DNA of 58,090 nucleotides from Gammaproteobacteria bacterium (GTDB lineage Bacteria; Pseudomonadota; Gammaproteobacteria; JAGOUU01): NCBI GenBank assembly GCA_018061105.1, contig JAGOUU010000003.1, positions 1 to 58,090 of the forward strand, read 5' to 3'. Shown piece by piece: positions 41,095 to 53,526 of this stretch (position 1 is its first letter; each line of letters starts with the position of its first letter). The notes under the pieces were generated by a model. It saw only the letters and a program-made list of their open reading frames with translations, ran no database searches and was not told where the DNA came from. The position numbers and the translations under genes were made by a program.

Positions 41095-42143
41095 CTTAAC
41101 CATATTACAGCCAGAAGCACAAAACTTAACGCGGGTCCTAACGCCCCTAAAAATACTGGCAAAGCTAATACTTGAATAACCGAAGAAAAAACTTTCTCCA
41201 AAAGAAAGTACGATATCCCAATTAAAATACTTAATACAAGACGACGGCTAACTGTGTGCGATCTCATTTCTGAAAAGACAAAAGGCACAGCAATAAACAC
41301 CATGACCATGACTGTAATGGGCTGCAAAAGTTTTTGCCAAAATGCCAATTCATACTGTTCATAATAAAGATTATTTTCTTTCCTATATTTTATATAATTG
41401 TATAATCCGGACAGCGACAGATCTTCAGGCATAATAGTCACTACTCGTAAGAGCTCTGGCTTTAAAAATTTCTCCCAAATCATTTCTGGTGCATTAGTAC
41501 TTTTAATCCCTTCACTCGTGATCAAAGAGCTTTTAACATTATAAGCATGCCACTTTTTATTAATGTACTGAGCATGCTCTGCATAGGCTATATTTGTTAA
41601 TTCATCATGTTCCACACGATATCTCGTTACTCCTTCAAGCTCACCATCGTATAATATTTTTTCAATATGAATAAAATCATTCGCTGCTCTTAACCAAAAA
41701 CCATTTTTGCTGATTATAGCCTCACCTCCGCTTTTGGCTACCGCTTTACGGATTTCTGCTAATTGCTTTCCCATCGGTGCAACCCACTCATTGATAATAG
41801 TAATGCCAAGCGATAAAACAAAAGCAGTAATGACAGCTATTTTACAAATCTTTAATAAACTATATCCGTTGCTTCTGATGATAACAATTTCATTATTGTG
41901 GTTTAATAGGCTTAAACCAACTACTGTTCCTACTAAACAAAGAACAGGGAAACCTGCGACAATATGTGCAGGCGCGCACAATAAAGAATATTCAAAGGCA
42001 CTTAAAGTAGAAAAATTTCCTTTGCCAACATCGCCTTGTTCGACCATAAATGTCACGCAAATGTCGATGCCAACTACCATTAAGATAATAACCAATGTCG
42101 ACAGGAGTAAATTTTTAACTATATATTTATTGATAATCTTCAT
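41070..42143 (-). CDS. lptG: LPS export permease LptG
   Basis: YjgP/Q family; EIVIIRSNGYS, INEWVAP, LSLSGLYNYI, YELAFWQK. Confidence 0.93.
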   Translation of the reverse strand: MKIINKYIVKNLLLSTLVIILMVVGIDICVTFMVEQGDVGKGNFSTLSAFEYSLLCAPAHIVAGFPVLCLVGTVVGLSLLNHNNEIVIIRSNGYSLLKICKIAVITAFVLSLGITIINEWVAPMGKQLAEIRKAVAKSGGEAIISKNGFWLRAANDFIHIEKILYDGELEGVTRYRVEHDELTNIAYAEHAQYINKKWHAYNVKSSLITSEGIKSTNAPEMIWEKFLKPELLRVVTIMPEDLSLSGLYNYIKYRKENNLYYEQYELAFWQKLLQPITVMVMVFIAVPFVFSEMRSHTVSRRLVLSILIGISYFLLEKVFSSVIQVLALPVFLGALGPALSFVLLAVIWLSYNRGRLA

Positions 42144-43210
42144 TTATTTTTTTTTAATATATAAATCATTAGAGCAATAACAGAAAAATGTAACCACCAC
42201 GTGCCCATAACCAAAGGTAACATTCCCCGTGCTAACCAATCTTCACTGGCTAGCATAATATTATAGTAAATTAATACTAAGATTATTGCTGGTACGGCTT
42301 TTACAAAACGATTTTGTCGCGGAGATAATTTACTAAATGCTAAGGCCATCAGAGCTAAAACTGTAGGGGCAATCATGAAATTAACTCTGGCAATAAAAGC
42401 AGCTAAATCATGTGCGCTCCCAGAGTTCCATAGTTCTTGCGTGCTTTTTGCTCGACTACGTAATTTTGATTTTATATTTTGTGGGGGTAATTCAAAACTA
42501 TAATTATTAAATTTTATACGATAAAAGTCGTTCTGCCCAGGCAACCCTTGATACTGATAGCCTTCTTTCATAACAACAAAGCTATTGTCTTCTCCGCCAC
42601 TTTTGCTAACAAAGATATTCCAACGCTGTTTGTCTTTAGGGTTTTTAGAATTAACATTAGCAGTCATATCAGGACGTTCTGCCACAAAAACATGAGAAAA
42701 ACTATTGTTTTTTTGATCAGCGGACTGAACATAAATCACATATCTCCCCCCGGCAATAACTTGAAAGTGCCCTGCAGCCAACATAGTTACAGCATCAATT
42801 ACTTGGGCTTTTTCCATCAAGATATCTCTATAACGCAAAACAGCCGGAACTAGCCATAAATTAATAAATGCAGAAAATAGAGTGACAAATATTAATGGGA
42901 CTGCGATGATTCTCATTAATGCTAGCTGACCCATCCCACTCATTTGAAGAATAACCATCTCTTGCTCAGAATATAACCGGGTAAAGACTAGATAAACGGC
43001 AATGAAAACGCCTATGGGTAAAAGTAACGCTAAAAAATATGGCATACTAAATACAACAATATAGAACACAGCATTTTTAGCTAATTCACCATGCACGGCT
43101 TTGCCTAATATAATGGCAATTTGGTTGCTCATAGCAATCAAAGTCAGGACAGCAGTTATTGTTATAACTGTGTAGCTTAATTCTCGCCTAATATATCGTG
43201 AAATTATCAA
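42140..43210 (-). CDS. lptF: LPS export permease LptF (TTG start)
   Basis: MIISRYIRRE, RLYSEQEMVIL...G, GHFQ; divergent from pepA. Confidence 0.93.
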   Translation of the reverse strand: MIISRYIRRELSYTVITITAVLTLIAMSNQIAIILGKAVHGELAKNAVFYIVVFSMPYFLALLLPIGVFIAVYLVFTRLYSEQEMVILQMSGMGQLALMRIIAVPLIFVTLFSAFINLWLVPAVLRYRDILMEKAQVIDAVTMLAAGHFQVIAGGRYVIYVQSADQKNNSFSHVFVAERPDMTANVNSKNPKDKQRWNIFVSKSGGEDNSFVVMKEGYQYQGLPGQNDFYRIKFNNYSFELPPQNIKSKLRSRAKSTQELWNSGSAHDLAAFIARVNFMIAPTVLALMALAFSKLSPRQNRFVKAVPAIILVLIYYNIMLASEDWLARGMLPLVMGTWWLHFSVIALMIYILKKNK

Positions 43211-43334
43211 AATTTTTTCTCTGCTATTTTATAATCTGTTATCATAGAGCCATAGGCTTATAGACTTATAGACTTATAGGTTATAAAACTAATAACTATT
43301 ATATTAATAACTATATTAAAACACTCTATTATCT

Positions 43335-44852
43335 ATGCAAATTTACATAAACAAATACAACCCTCAACAAGATGCTGATTGCCTAATTTTACCAGTTTCC
43401 CCAGGCAAACAACAAGCTTTAATAACTACAGAGTTTAATAACCATCATAATAATATTATCGATGAGTTAATTACCAATAAGGATCTTACTGGGAAGTACG
43501 GTGAAATCAAATGGCTCTATAATATATGCCCTAATATCAAAATAATCATTGCTGTTGGAGTTGGCGAATCGAAAAAATTAAGCACAAGCAGCTTTATTAA
43601 TTTAGTAAATCTTGCTTTAGATAAATTAACTGATCGCCCTTACTCTAGGGTAATCAATGGGCTAGCAGATATAAGCTTTCCTAAAGATTATTTGAACTTT
43701 GAGTTTAAACATTTAGCTTGGAAACTTTCTCAGATATTAATAGCTACAGAAAGTTTTACTAATTTAACTAAAACTTATCTATCTGGCACCAATATTAAAA
43801 ATACTAAATTAGCTATCCAAAGCTATTATGTTGCCAGCTCGGCTTTAGATCTTTCAGAAGGCTACAACGATAATTTTATTAAACATCAGCATATCATAAG
43901 TCGAGCAATTCGAACTGTTAAAGACTTAGCTAATACACCAGCTAATATTTGTAATCCGGAATATTTAGAACAACAAGCGATTGAATTAGCTAATAAGTAT
44001 AATAATATTAAATGCCAATCTTTTGGCCATAAGACTCTTTGTGAAATGGGTATGGGTGCTTTTTGCTCAGTCAGCCAAGGCGCTGATCATAGCGGGCGTA
44101 TGGTTGTTCTAGAATACAATAATTCCCATAATTCCAAACCTTATGTATTAATAGGAAAAGGCATAACTTTTGATACCGGCGGATACAGCCTGAAAACACC
44201 TAACCATATGGTCGGAATGAAATACGATATGTCAGGTGCTGCTAATGTTATAGGTACCCTACAAGCCATAGCAGAATTGGATTTACCCATTCACGTCATA
44301 GGCATTTTAGCCTGTGCTGAAAACATGGTTAGTAATACAGCATCTAGACCAGATGATATAGTAACCACCCTAAGTGGTAAAACTGTAGAAATAAATAATA
44401 CCGATGCAGAAGGACGACTTGTTCTTTGCGACGCCCTAACTTACAGTGAAAGATTTAAGCCAAAAGTTATTATCGACATTGCTACTTTAACAGGCGCTGT
44501 TGTAGTCGCCCTGGGATACCATTATACTGGCTTATATTCTAATAATGATACTCTCACTAAAAATCTTATATCCGCCTCTGAAGCTGGCTTCGATCCTGTT
44601 TGGCCAATGCCATTATGCCAAGATTATGACAGCTTGATGACAAGCCCTATTGCTGATTTAAAAAATTCGTCTGGTTTACCAGTTGCAGGCAGTATAACTG
44701 CAGCTTGCTTTTTAGCTAATTTTGTACCAAAAGATTGCGCATGGGCACATTTAGATATAGCTGGATCTGCTACAGTAAGATCCGAACATAAAGAATCTAC
44801 TGGCCGTCCATTACAATTATTAGTTAATTATTTGATCGCTGAGGCTAAATAA
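43335..44852 (+). CDS. pepA: Leucyl aminopeptidase (M17)
   Basis: GKGITFDTGG, MKYDMSG, NTDAEGRL, ATLTGA, WAHLDIAG. Confidence 0.95.
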   Translation: MQIYINKYNPQQDADCLILPVSPGKQQALITTEFNNHHNNIIDELITNKDLTGKYGEIKWLYNICPNIKIIIAVGVGESKKLSTSSFINLVNLALDKLTDRPYSRVINGLADISFPKDYLNFEFKHLAWKLSQILIATESFTNLTKTYLSGTNIKNTKLAIQSYYVASSALDLSEGYNDNFIKHQHIISRAIRTVKDLANTPANICNPEYLEQQAIELANKYNNIKCQSFGHKTLCEMGMGAFCSVSQGADHSGRMVVLEYNNSHNSKPYVLIGKGITFDTGGYSLKTPNHMVGMKYDMSGAANVIGTLQAIAELDLPIHVIGILACAENMVSNTASRPDDIVTTLSGKTVEINNTDAEGRLVLCDALTYSERFKPKVIIDIATLTGAVVVALGYHYTGLYSNNDTLTKNLISASEAGFDPVWPMPLCQDYDSLMTSPIADLKNSSGLPVAGSITAACFLANFVPKDCAWAHLDIAGSATVRSEHKESTGRPLQLLVNYLIAEAK

Positions 44853-44869
44853 ATACGCTAACCCAATAA

Positions 44870-44930
44870 ATAACTATCTTGGTCAACACTGTTATATCAT
44901 AGTATATATATAGCAGACCGAGATAGTTAT
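44870..44930. terminator. Long hairpin between convergent pepA and algC
   Basis: ATAACTATCTTGGTC / GACCGAGATAGTTAT 15-bp stem plus inner TGTTATAT / ATATAGCA 8-bp stem after a 5-nt bulge. Confidence 0.6.
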
Positions 44931-45019
44931 ATTATTTAAATCAGGGATTGAGTGAAGCTACACCTGTTTATAGCTTTTACTAAAAATAACTGCGACATCG
45001 CCACCTGACACACCGCATT

Positions 45020-46420
45020 TTAATAATCCTGAACGCGCACCATCATTAATCTATCATCGATCAACTTAATATTCCTCTGAAATTCATCCATAATCTTCTG
45101 CAAAGATTCTTGGGAAATAGCTTCAAATCGTAGCACTAAACATGGCGTAGTATTAGAAGCCCGAATCAAACCCCAACCATCTGAAAATTCTACTCTGAGG
45201 CCATCTATATTTATTATATTCTTATAATCTTTAAAATTATGGTTATTAATTAATTTATTAATAAAACCAAACTTTTCATGTTCTTCTATAGCAATATTTA
45301 ATTCTGGAGTATTAATGCTATTTGGCAATTCGTTAATTAATCCTTGTAAAGAGTTGTCTGGATAATCATTAGATAAAATATCTAACATCCGAACACCAGC
45401 GTATAAACCATCATCAAAACCAAACCAACGCTCTTTAAAAAAAATATGCCCGGACATTTCACCAGCTAGTAAAGCTTGGGTTTCAAGCATTTTATTTTTT
45501 ATATAAGAATGCCCTGTTTTCCACATTAATGGGACACCGTTATGCTTTAAAATATACCGCTCTAAATGACTGCTGCATTTAATATCAAATACTATAGTAG
45601 ACTTAGGGTTATGTTTCAAAATAGAACGTGAAAATAACATCATTTGCCTATCTGGCATAACTAATTCACCGGTATTAGTAATAACACCCAGACGATCAGC
45701 ATCACCATCAAAAGCCAACCCCAAATCAGCTTTATTTTCTAAGACAGCTTTTTTTAATTCTCGTAGATTTTCTATTTTACTAGGATCGGGATGATGATTA
45801 GGAAAGTTACCGTCTACTTCTTCATACAGGGAAATAACCTCGCAGCCTAATGCTCGAAATAATTCTGGCGCAATCACCCCCGCGATGCCATTGCCGCAAT
45901 CAATAACTATTCTTAATTTTTTGTTTAATGTTATTTTTGATAAAACATCTTCAATATAAGCAGGGATAATAAAATTTTCTTGATAACTGCCCGTGCCATA
46001 AATAAAATCTTTATTAATAATTCTGTTGTATAAATTTTCTACATCGCCATCAGCAAGCGACTTACCCCCAATAATCATCTTTACGCCATTATATTGTGCC
46101 GGATTATGACTCCCAGTTAGCATGGCACCGCAGCCTGTCTGATAATAATACGTGGCAAAATATAATACAGGAGTTGGCACTGCTCCAACATCTATAATAT
46201 TCATGCCAGAAGATAATAAACCTCTAGTCAGCGCCGCCCATAATCTAGGGCTAGACAATCTGCCATCGCGTCCCAAGACTATAGTCTTACAGTTTTGGTT
46301 TTGTGCCTGACTGCCTAAAGCCAGGCCTATTTGTTCTATGGTATATTCATCAAGCTGCTCGTCGACTATGCCACGGATGTCATATGCACGAAAGATTTCT
46401 TTGCAAATTGTTTTTGTCAT
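45020..46420 (-). CDS. algC: Phosphomannomutase/phosphoglucomutase
   Basis: IFRAYDIRG, TGSHNP, FDGDADR, GEMSGH, GLIRASNTTP. Confidence 0.95.
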   Translation of the reverse strand: MTKTICKEIFRAYDIRGIVDEQLDEYTIEQIGLALGSQAQNQNCKTIVLGRDGRLSSPRLWAALTRGLLSSGMNIIDVGAVPTPVLYFATYYYQTGCGAMLTGSHNPAQYNGVKMIIGGKSLADGDVENLYNRIINKDFIYGTGSYQENFIIPAYIEDVLSKITLNKKLRIVIDCGNGIAGVIAPELFRALGCEVISLYEEVDGNFPNHHPDPSKIENLRELKKAVLENKADLGLAFDGDADRLGVITNTGELVMPDRQMMLFSRSILKHNPKSTIVFDIKCSSHLERYILKHNGVPLMWKTGHSYIKNKMLETQALLAGEMSGHIFFKERWFGFDDGLYAGVRMLDILSNDYPDNSLQGLINELPNSINTPELNIAIEEHEKFGFINKLINNHNFKDYKNIINIDGLRVEFSDGWGLIRASNTTPCLVLRFEAISQESLQKIMDEFQRNIKLIDDRLMMVRVQDY

Positions 46421-46454
46421 GTAATTTAAACTTTATATTACTATACATTATTAA

Positions 46455-46913
46455 CTAAGAACGACCAGAATGGCCAAAACCACCGGCTCCGCGATCAGTT
46501 TTAGTAAAGTCTTCTACTATATTAAATTGTGCTTGCACAACAGGAACCAAAACAAGCTGAGCGATGCGATCACCTGGTTGAATAGTAAAATGATCATTAC
46601 TACGATTCCAGCATGAAACCATCAATGGCCCTTGGTAATCAGAATCTATGAGGCCTACTAAATTGCCTAATACTATACCGTTTTTATGACCCAGCCCCGA
46701 ACGTGGTAATATTATAGCCGCATAATTAGGATCAGATATATAGATAGCAAGACCTGTATTGAGCAACTGTGTACTATTAGGCTCTAAACATAATGGGGCA
46801 TCTAGACATGCCCTTAAGTCTAAACCAGCTGAACCTTCTGTTGCATATTGTGGCAATGGGAAGCTATCTTGTTGACCTAATCTTGGGTCTAGTATCTTGA
46901 CATCAATTTTCAC
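46455..46913 (-). CDS. dut: dUTPase (GTG start)
   Basis: [39 protein letters not shown]. Confidence 0.97.
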   Translation of the reverse strand: MKIDVKILDPRLGQQDSFPLPQYATEGSAGLDLRACLDAPLCLEPNSTQLLNTGLAIYISDPNYAAIILPRSGLGHKNGIVLGNLVGLIDSDYQGPLMVSCWNRSNDHFTIQPGDRIAQLVLVPVVQAQFNIVEDFTKTDRGAGGFGHSGRS

Positions 46914-46974
46914 CGTTGTCTCCTTGATAAATAATAAATAGATAAATATTAATCAAGACATTATGCATTATTGA

Positions 46975-47001
46975 AAAGAAAAAGCCCAGTGACTAGGCTT
47001 T
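46975..47001 (-). terminator. Intrinsic-terminator-like hairpin upstream of dut
   Basis: Minus strand AAAGCCTAG-TCA-CTGGGCTTT followed by TTCTTTT. Confidence 0.6.
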
Positions 47002-47189
47002 AATTGTAGGCTTTAATAATTAGAACCTCTTGTGCTTTTTGTCCCCAAGTACTTTTCCAATATCATTTTTAAGCAAAATAACTTATTTAATCGCAAGACA
47101 CAAATATTATTTTGGTTGAAAATCTTAGAAAAACCTGGTATAAATGCTTGTTTAATATTTATAAAAGATTTATTTAAAAGGGGCGGCGT

Positions 47190-47417
47190 ATGCCAAGAAG
47201 ATGTCAGGTTACCGGAAAAAAGATTCTTTCTGGAAACAATGTTTCACACGCAAATAACAAGACTAAAAGAAAATTCAAAGTCAATTTACATAAAAAGCGC
47301 TTTTGGCTAGAAGCTGAAAAACGCTTTGTAACTCTAAGAGTCTCAGCTAAAGGCATGAGAACTATTAATAAAAACGGCATAGAGTCTGTTTTGAAACAAA
47401 TTAAACTAAAAGGTTAA
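47190..47417 (+). CDS. rpmB: 50S ribosomal protein L28
   Basis: CQVTGK...[17 protein letters not shown]...RFW. Confidence 0.97.
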   Translation: MPRRCQVTGKKILSGNNVSHANNKTKRKFKVNLHKKRFWLEAEKRFVTLRVSAKGMRTINKNGIESVLKQIKLKG

Positions 47418-47434
47418 CGGTTAAGAGGCTAACA

Positions 47435-47587
47435 ATGAGAGTTAAAGTAAAACTAAAGTCTACAATTAGTCATCATTTTTACACAACGACTAAAAACAAA
47501 CGTAATACACCTGATAAATTGAAGCGCAAAAAATTCGATCCAGTAGCTAACAAGCACGCTGAATACGTTGAAGATAAAATCAAGTAG
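47435..47587 (+). CDS. rpmG: 50S ribosomal protein L33 (missed by ORF track)
   Basis: Hand translation [50 protein letters not shown]. Confidence 0.96.
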   Translation: MRVKVKLKSTISHHFYTTTKNKRNTPDKLKRKKFDPVANKHAEYVEDKIK

Positions 47588-47609
47588 TTAGCTGTTTTGT
47601 TATTAAGCT

Positions 47610-47784
47610 ATGCCCGAGTGGGTTGTTGCCTATTGCCTAGTATTCAAAACCGTATTATTCAGGGTATTCAGATCCGGCAATCTACACTTAGATGGCCGGT
47701 TCCTTCTGAGCTCAGCCAGTTATTACCTAATAGTAAAATTTTATGATGTGAGTATTGCCAACCCATAAATATTTGATCTCTATA
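47610..47784 (+). pseudogene. mutM: Formamidopyrimidine-DNA glycosylase N-terminal remnant
   Basis: ATG-CCC-GAG (MPE), then in a shifted frame LPSIQNRIIQGIQIRQSTLRWPVPSELSQLL...stop and downstream KYLI; canonical slot after rpmG. Confidence 0.82.
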
Positions 47785-47827
47785 CATACAAAAATTTAGA
47801 CATAATTTTTTTTTCAGGTAAGATTAA

Positions 47828-50706
<2,879 letters not shown>

Positions 50707-50713
50707 TTAAATT

Positions 50714-52180
50714 TTAACTACTGATAAATTTTAATATTTTCTTATGCCATAATTTAATAGGTGGGTAAATTTTGTAAAACATATCTAAACAAAATTGTTT
50801 ATAAACGGGCTTTAGCATAGAAAAAGTCTCAAAACCATATTTTCCACGGTAACTGCCCATACCACTTTGACCAATACCGCCGAATGGCAAATCTTCCTGT
50901 GCTGCATGAACTATAGTCGTGTTTAATATTAAAGCCCCAGAAATAGTTTTTTCAATAAAATCTTTTTGAATTTTTTTATTATTTGTAAACAAATACACTG
51001 CCAAAGGCCGTGGAATAATTTGCATGATACTCAGTAATTGCTCTATTGTGTCATATTCCATAACCGGTAACACAGGCCCAAAAATTTCTTGTTGCATAAT
51101 CTCCATGGTATGATTAGCATTTAATAATAGCCCAGGAGAAATTTTATAAATATTTTTTTCTCCTTTTTTTTCTACACTATGCCAATTTTTACCATTATTA
51201 GCTAATGGACGCCATTGCGCACCTTTTTCAACAGCTAATTTTATTAAATTTAACAAACGATCATAGTTTTCTTTATTAATAATACTGCAATAATCTGTAG
51301 AATTATAATCTATGCTTTTTTTACTAACTGCCAATTGACTGCTAGTTAATAATGATTCACTATTACCTCGAGGCAACCAAATATAATCCGGTGCTATACA
51401 AGTTTGGCCTGCATTCATTATTTTCCCAAGCCAAATTTTGTCTACGTAGGATTGCTTGAAGTCATTGGGAACAAAAATTGCCGGTGATTTACCACCTAGC
51501 TCTAAAGTCACTGGTGTCAAATTATTACTTGCAGACTGCATGACTTGTTTACCAACTTCAGTAGAACCCGTAAATAATAAATGATCAAATGGCAAGGCGC
51601 TAAATTCTGCGGCTATTTTGCTATCACCTAATATAACTATTAATTTAGATTCAAGAAAATTTTTGGTAAATAAATCAGACAAAAGCTTTGATGTAGCCGG
51701 AACATGCTCAGATAATTTTAACATGACACGGTTACCTGCCGCAAAAGCAGAAACTAAAGGAGCAATCGTGAGAAACAATGGATAGTTCCAGGGTACAATA
51801 ATACCCACGACCCCTTTGGGCACGGGAAAAACATAAGATTGACTTGGCCAAAACCATATTGATGTCTTATGGCGACGTAGGCGCATGTATTTTGATAAAT
51901 TTTTAATCGCATAATCTATCGAAGCTATACTAGGGAGTAATTCTAAAGCCTCTGTTTCAAAACTAGGACGACAACCAAAATCTTGATTAATACTAGCAAT
52001 TATTTGATCACGATTGTCGACGATAACTTTTCGAAGTAATTTTAGAATAGCAATACGTTCTGAATATTTTGAGTAAGGATACTGAGCAAAACATTCTTTT
52101 TGTCTTTGGAATAGCTGGGATAAACTGTAAAAATTTTCAAATGCGGTATCACTGTTATTGTCTTGATTATAGTTGCTCAT
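50714..52180 (-). CDS. Aldehyde dehydrogenase, coniferyl/fatty aldehyde (CalB/ALDH3-like)
   Basis: PWNYP, FTGSTEVGK, LELGGKSP, NAGQTCIAPDY, EIFGP, PFGGIGQSG. Confidence 0.88.
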   Translation of the reverse strand: MSNYNQDNNSDTAFENFYSLSQLFQRQKECFAQYPYSKYSERIAILKLLRKVIVDNRDQIIASINQDFGCRPSFETEALELLPSIASIDYAIKNLSKYMRLRRHKTSIWFWPSQSYVFPVPKGVVGIIVPWNYPLFLTIAPLVSAFAAGNRVMLKLSEHVPATSKLLSDLFTKNFLESKLIVILGDSKIAAEFSALPFDHLLFTGSTEVGKQVMQSASNNLTPVTLELGGKSPAIFVPNDFKQSYVDKIWLGKIMNAGQTCIAPDYIWLPRGNSESLLTSSQLAVSKKSIDYNSTDYCSIINKENYDRLLNLIKLAVEKGAQWRPLANNGKNWHSVEKKGEKNIYKISPGLLLNANHTMEIMQQEIFGPVLPVMEYDTIEQLLSIMQIIPRPLAVYLFTNNKKIQKDFIEKTISGALILNTTIVHAAQEDLPFGGIGQSGMGSYRGKYGFETFSMLKPVYKQFCLDMFYKIYPPIKLWHKKILKFISS

Positions 52181-53526
52181 TAGCTGTGAGATCTTGATGT
52201 TAAACCTGATGTTACAAGAGAAAAATAGTTATTTAATATATCAGTTTGTTCCTGTAGACAATGATATGCATTTGCCCCGATAGTCTTTCTATAATTAACA
52301 TCTTCTAATAGTATAAGAATCTTTTCTTGTAAATCAAGCTCAGAGCTTGCGCACAACAGCCCATTATTACTAATCAGGTTATTAACTATATCTGTAAAAT
52401 TATAATAATTTGGCCCAATGATGCTTGGGATTCTCAGAGCAGCAGGCTCAAGTGGGTTATGCCCCCCTACTGGGACTAAGCTACCACCTATAAAAGCCAA
52501 ATCAGATACATTATAAAAATATAATAATTGACCAATAATATCTAATATATATACCTCAAAATTTGAATTAAAATTTGAATTAAAACTTGAATTAAAATTA
52601 GGGTCAGAGTCAAAAAACTTAGAACAATTAAATTCTGAGTATTTTATAGTTTTTAACCCATAGTTAAAACTTAAATTATATACTTGCCCAAACCGTTCCG
52701 GGTGTCTAGGAGCCAAAATCAGAATTAAATTAGGGTAAACTAATTTTAATTTGATATATATCTTAAGTATAATTTCTTCTTCATTATTATGAGTACTGGC
52801 GGCGATTAATATAATAGGCTCTTGGGATTTATTATAAGTAAATAATTTCTTGTATTCAGAGGACTTTGAATCTAAGTCTTCTGGTAAAAACAAATTATAT
52901 TTTATATTGCCTACGATATCTATTTTTTTAGGATTATAACCTAATTTTATAAAATAATTGTAATCTACAGCACTTTGACAGCCAATATAATCTATAGAGT
53001 TAATAACTGTTTTAATATATTTTTGTATTTTCTTATAATTATTATAAGACTTTTCTGATAACCGAGCATTAACTAAATAAAGCCTAATATTTCTTTTTTT
53101 TAAGCTCTTATACATTTTTGGCCAAATTTCTGTTTCAAAAAAAATTGCTAGTTTAGGTTTAGTTTTATTTAAAAATCTACGACAGATTATTGTAATATCA
53201 TATGGGTAATAATAATGTTTAATTTTATTATTATCCTGCTCTACAATAAATTTGCTAATTAATTCCGAGCCTGTCACCGTAGTGCAAGTTATAAGAATTG
53301 TGCAATCTGTTTCTGCCAGAAGCTTTATAATAATGGGCTTTGCTGCAATAAACTCTCCTACCGAAACTGTATGCAACCATATATCTATAGGCTCCGCCGG
53401 TATTGAACCTAAGCGCTCAGATAGACGATTCAAGTATTGTGGATTCTTGATACTTTTATAACAAACCCGTATTAAGGCCAAAGGCAAAAACAACAGTGTG
53501 TATAAAAAGTTTATGATAGTATTCAT
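52180..53526 (-). CDS. waaA: Kdo transferase
   Basis: IWLHTVSVGE, ETEIWP, NARLS, GNIKY, ASTH, APRHPERF, GGHNPLEP. Confidence 0.95.
   Translation of the reverse strand: MNTIINFLYTLLFLPLALIRVCYKSIKNPQYLNRLSERLGSIPAEPIDIWLHTVSVGEFIAAKPIIIKLLAETDCTILITCTTVTGSELISKFIVEQDNNKIKHYYYPYDITIICRRFLNKTKPKLAIFFETEIWPKMYKSLKKRNIRLYLVNARLSEKSYNNYKKIQKYIKTVINSIDYIGCQSAVDYNYFIKLGYNPKKIDIVGNIKYNLFLPEDLDSKSSEYKKLFTYNKSQEPIILIAASTHNNEEEIILKIYIKLKLVYPNLILILAPRHPERFGQVYNLSFNYGLKTIKYSEFNCSKFFDSDPNFNSSFNSNFNSNFEVYILDIIGQLLYFYNVSDLAFIGGSLVPVGGHNPLEPAALRIPSIIGPNYYNFTDIVNNLISNNGLLCASSELDLQEKILILLEDVNYRKTIGANAYHCLQEQTDILNNYFSLVTSGLTSRSHS

Noticed and set aside
47032-47310. 92-aa ORF overlapping rpmB
   Set aside because: Out-of-frame overlap with an essential ribosomal gene, TTG start, no homology cues
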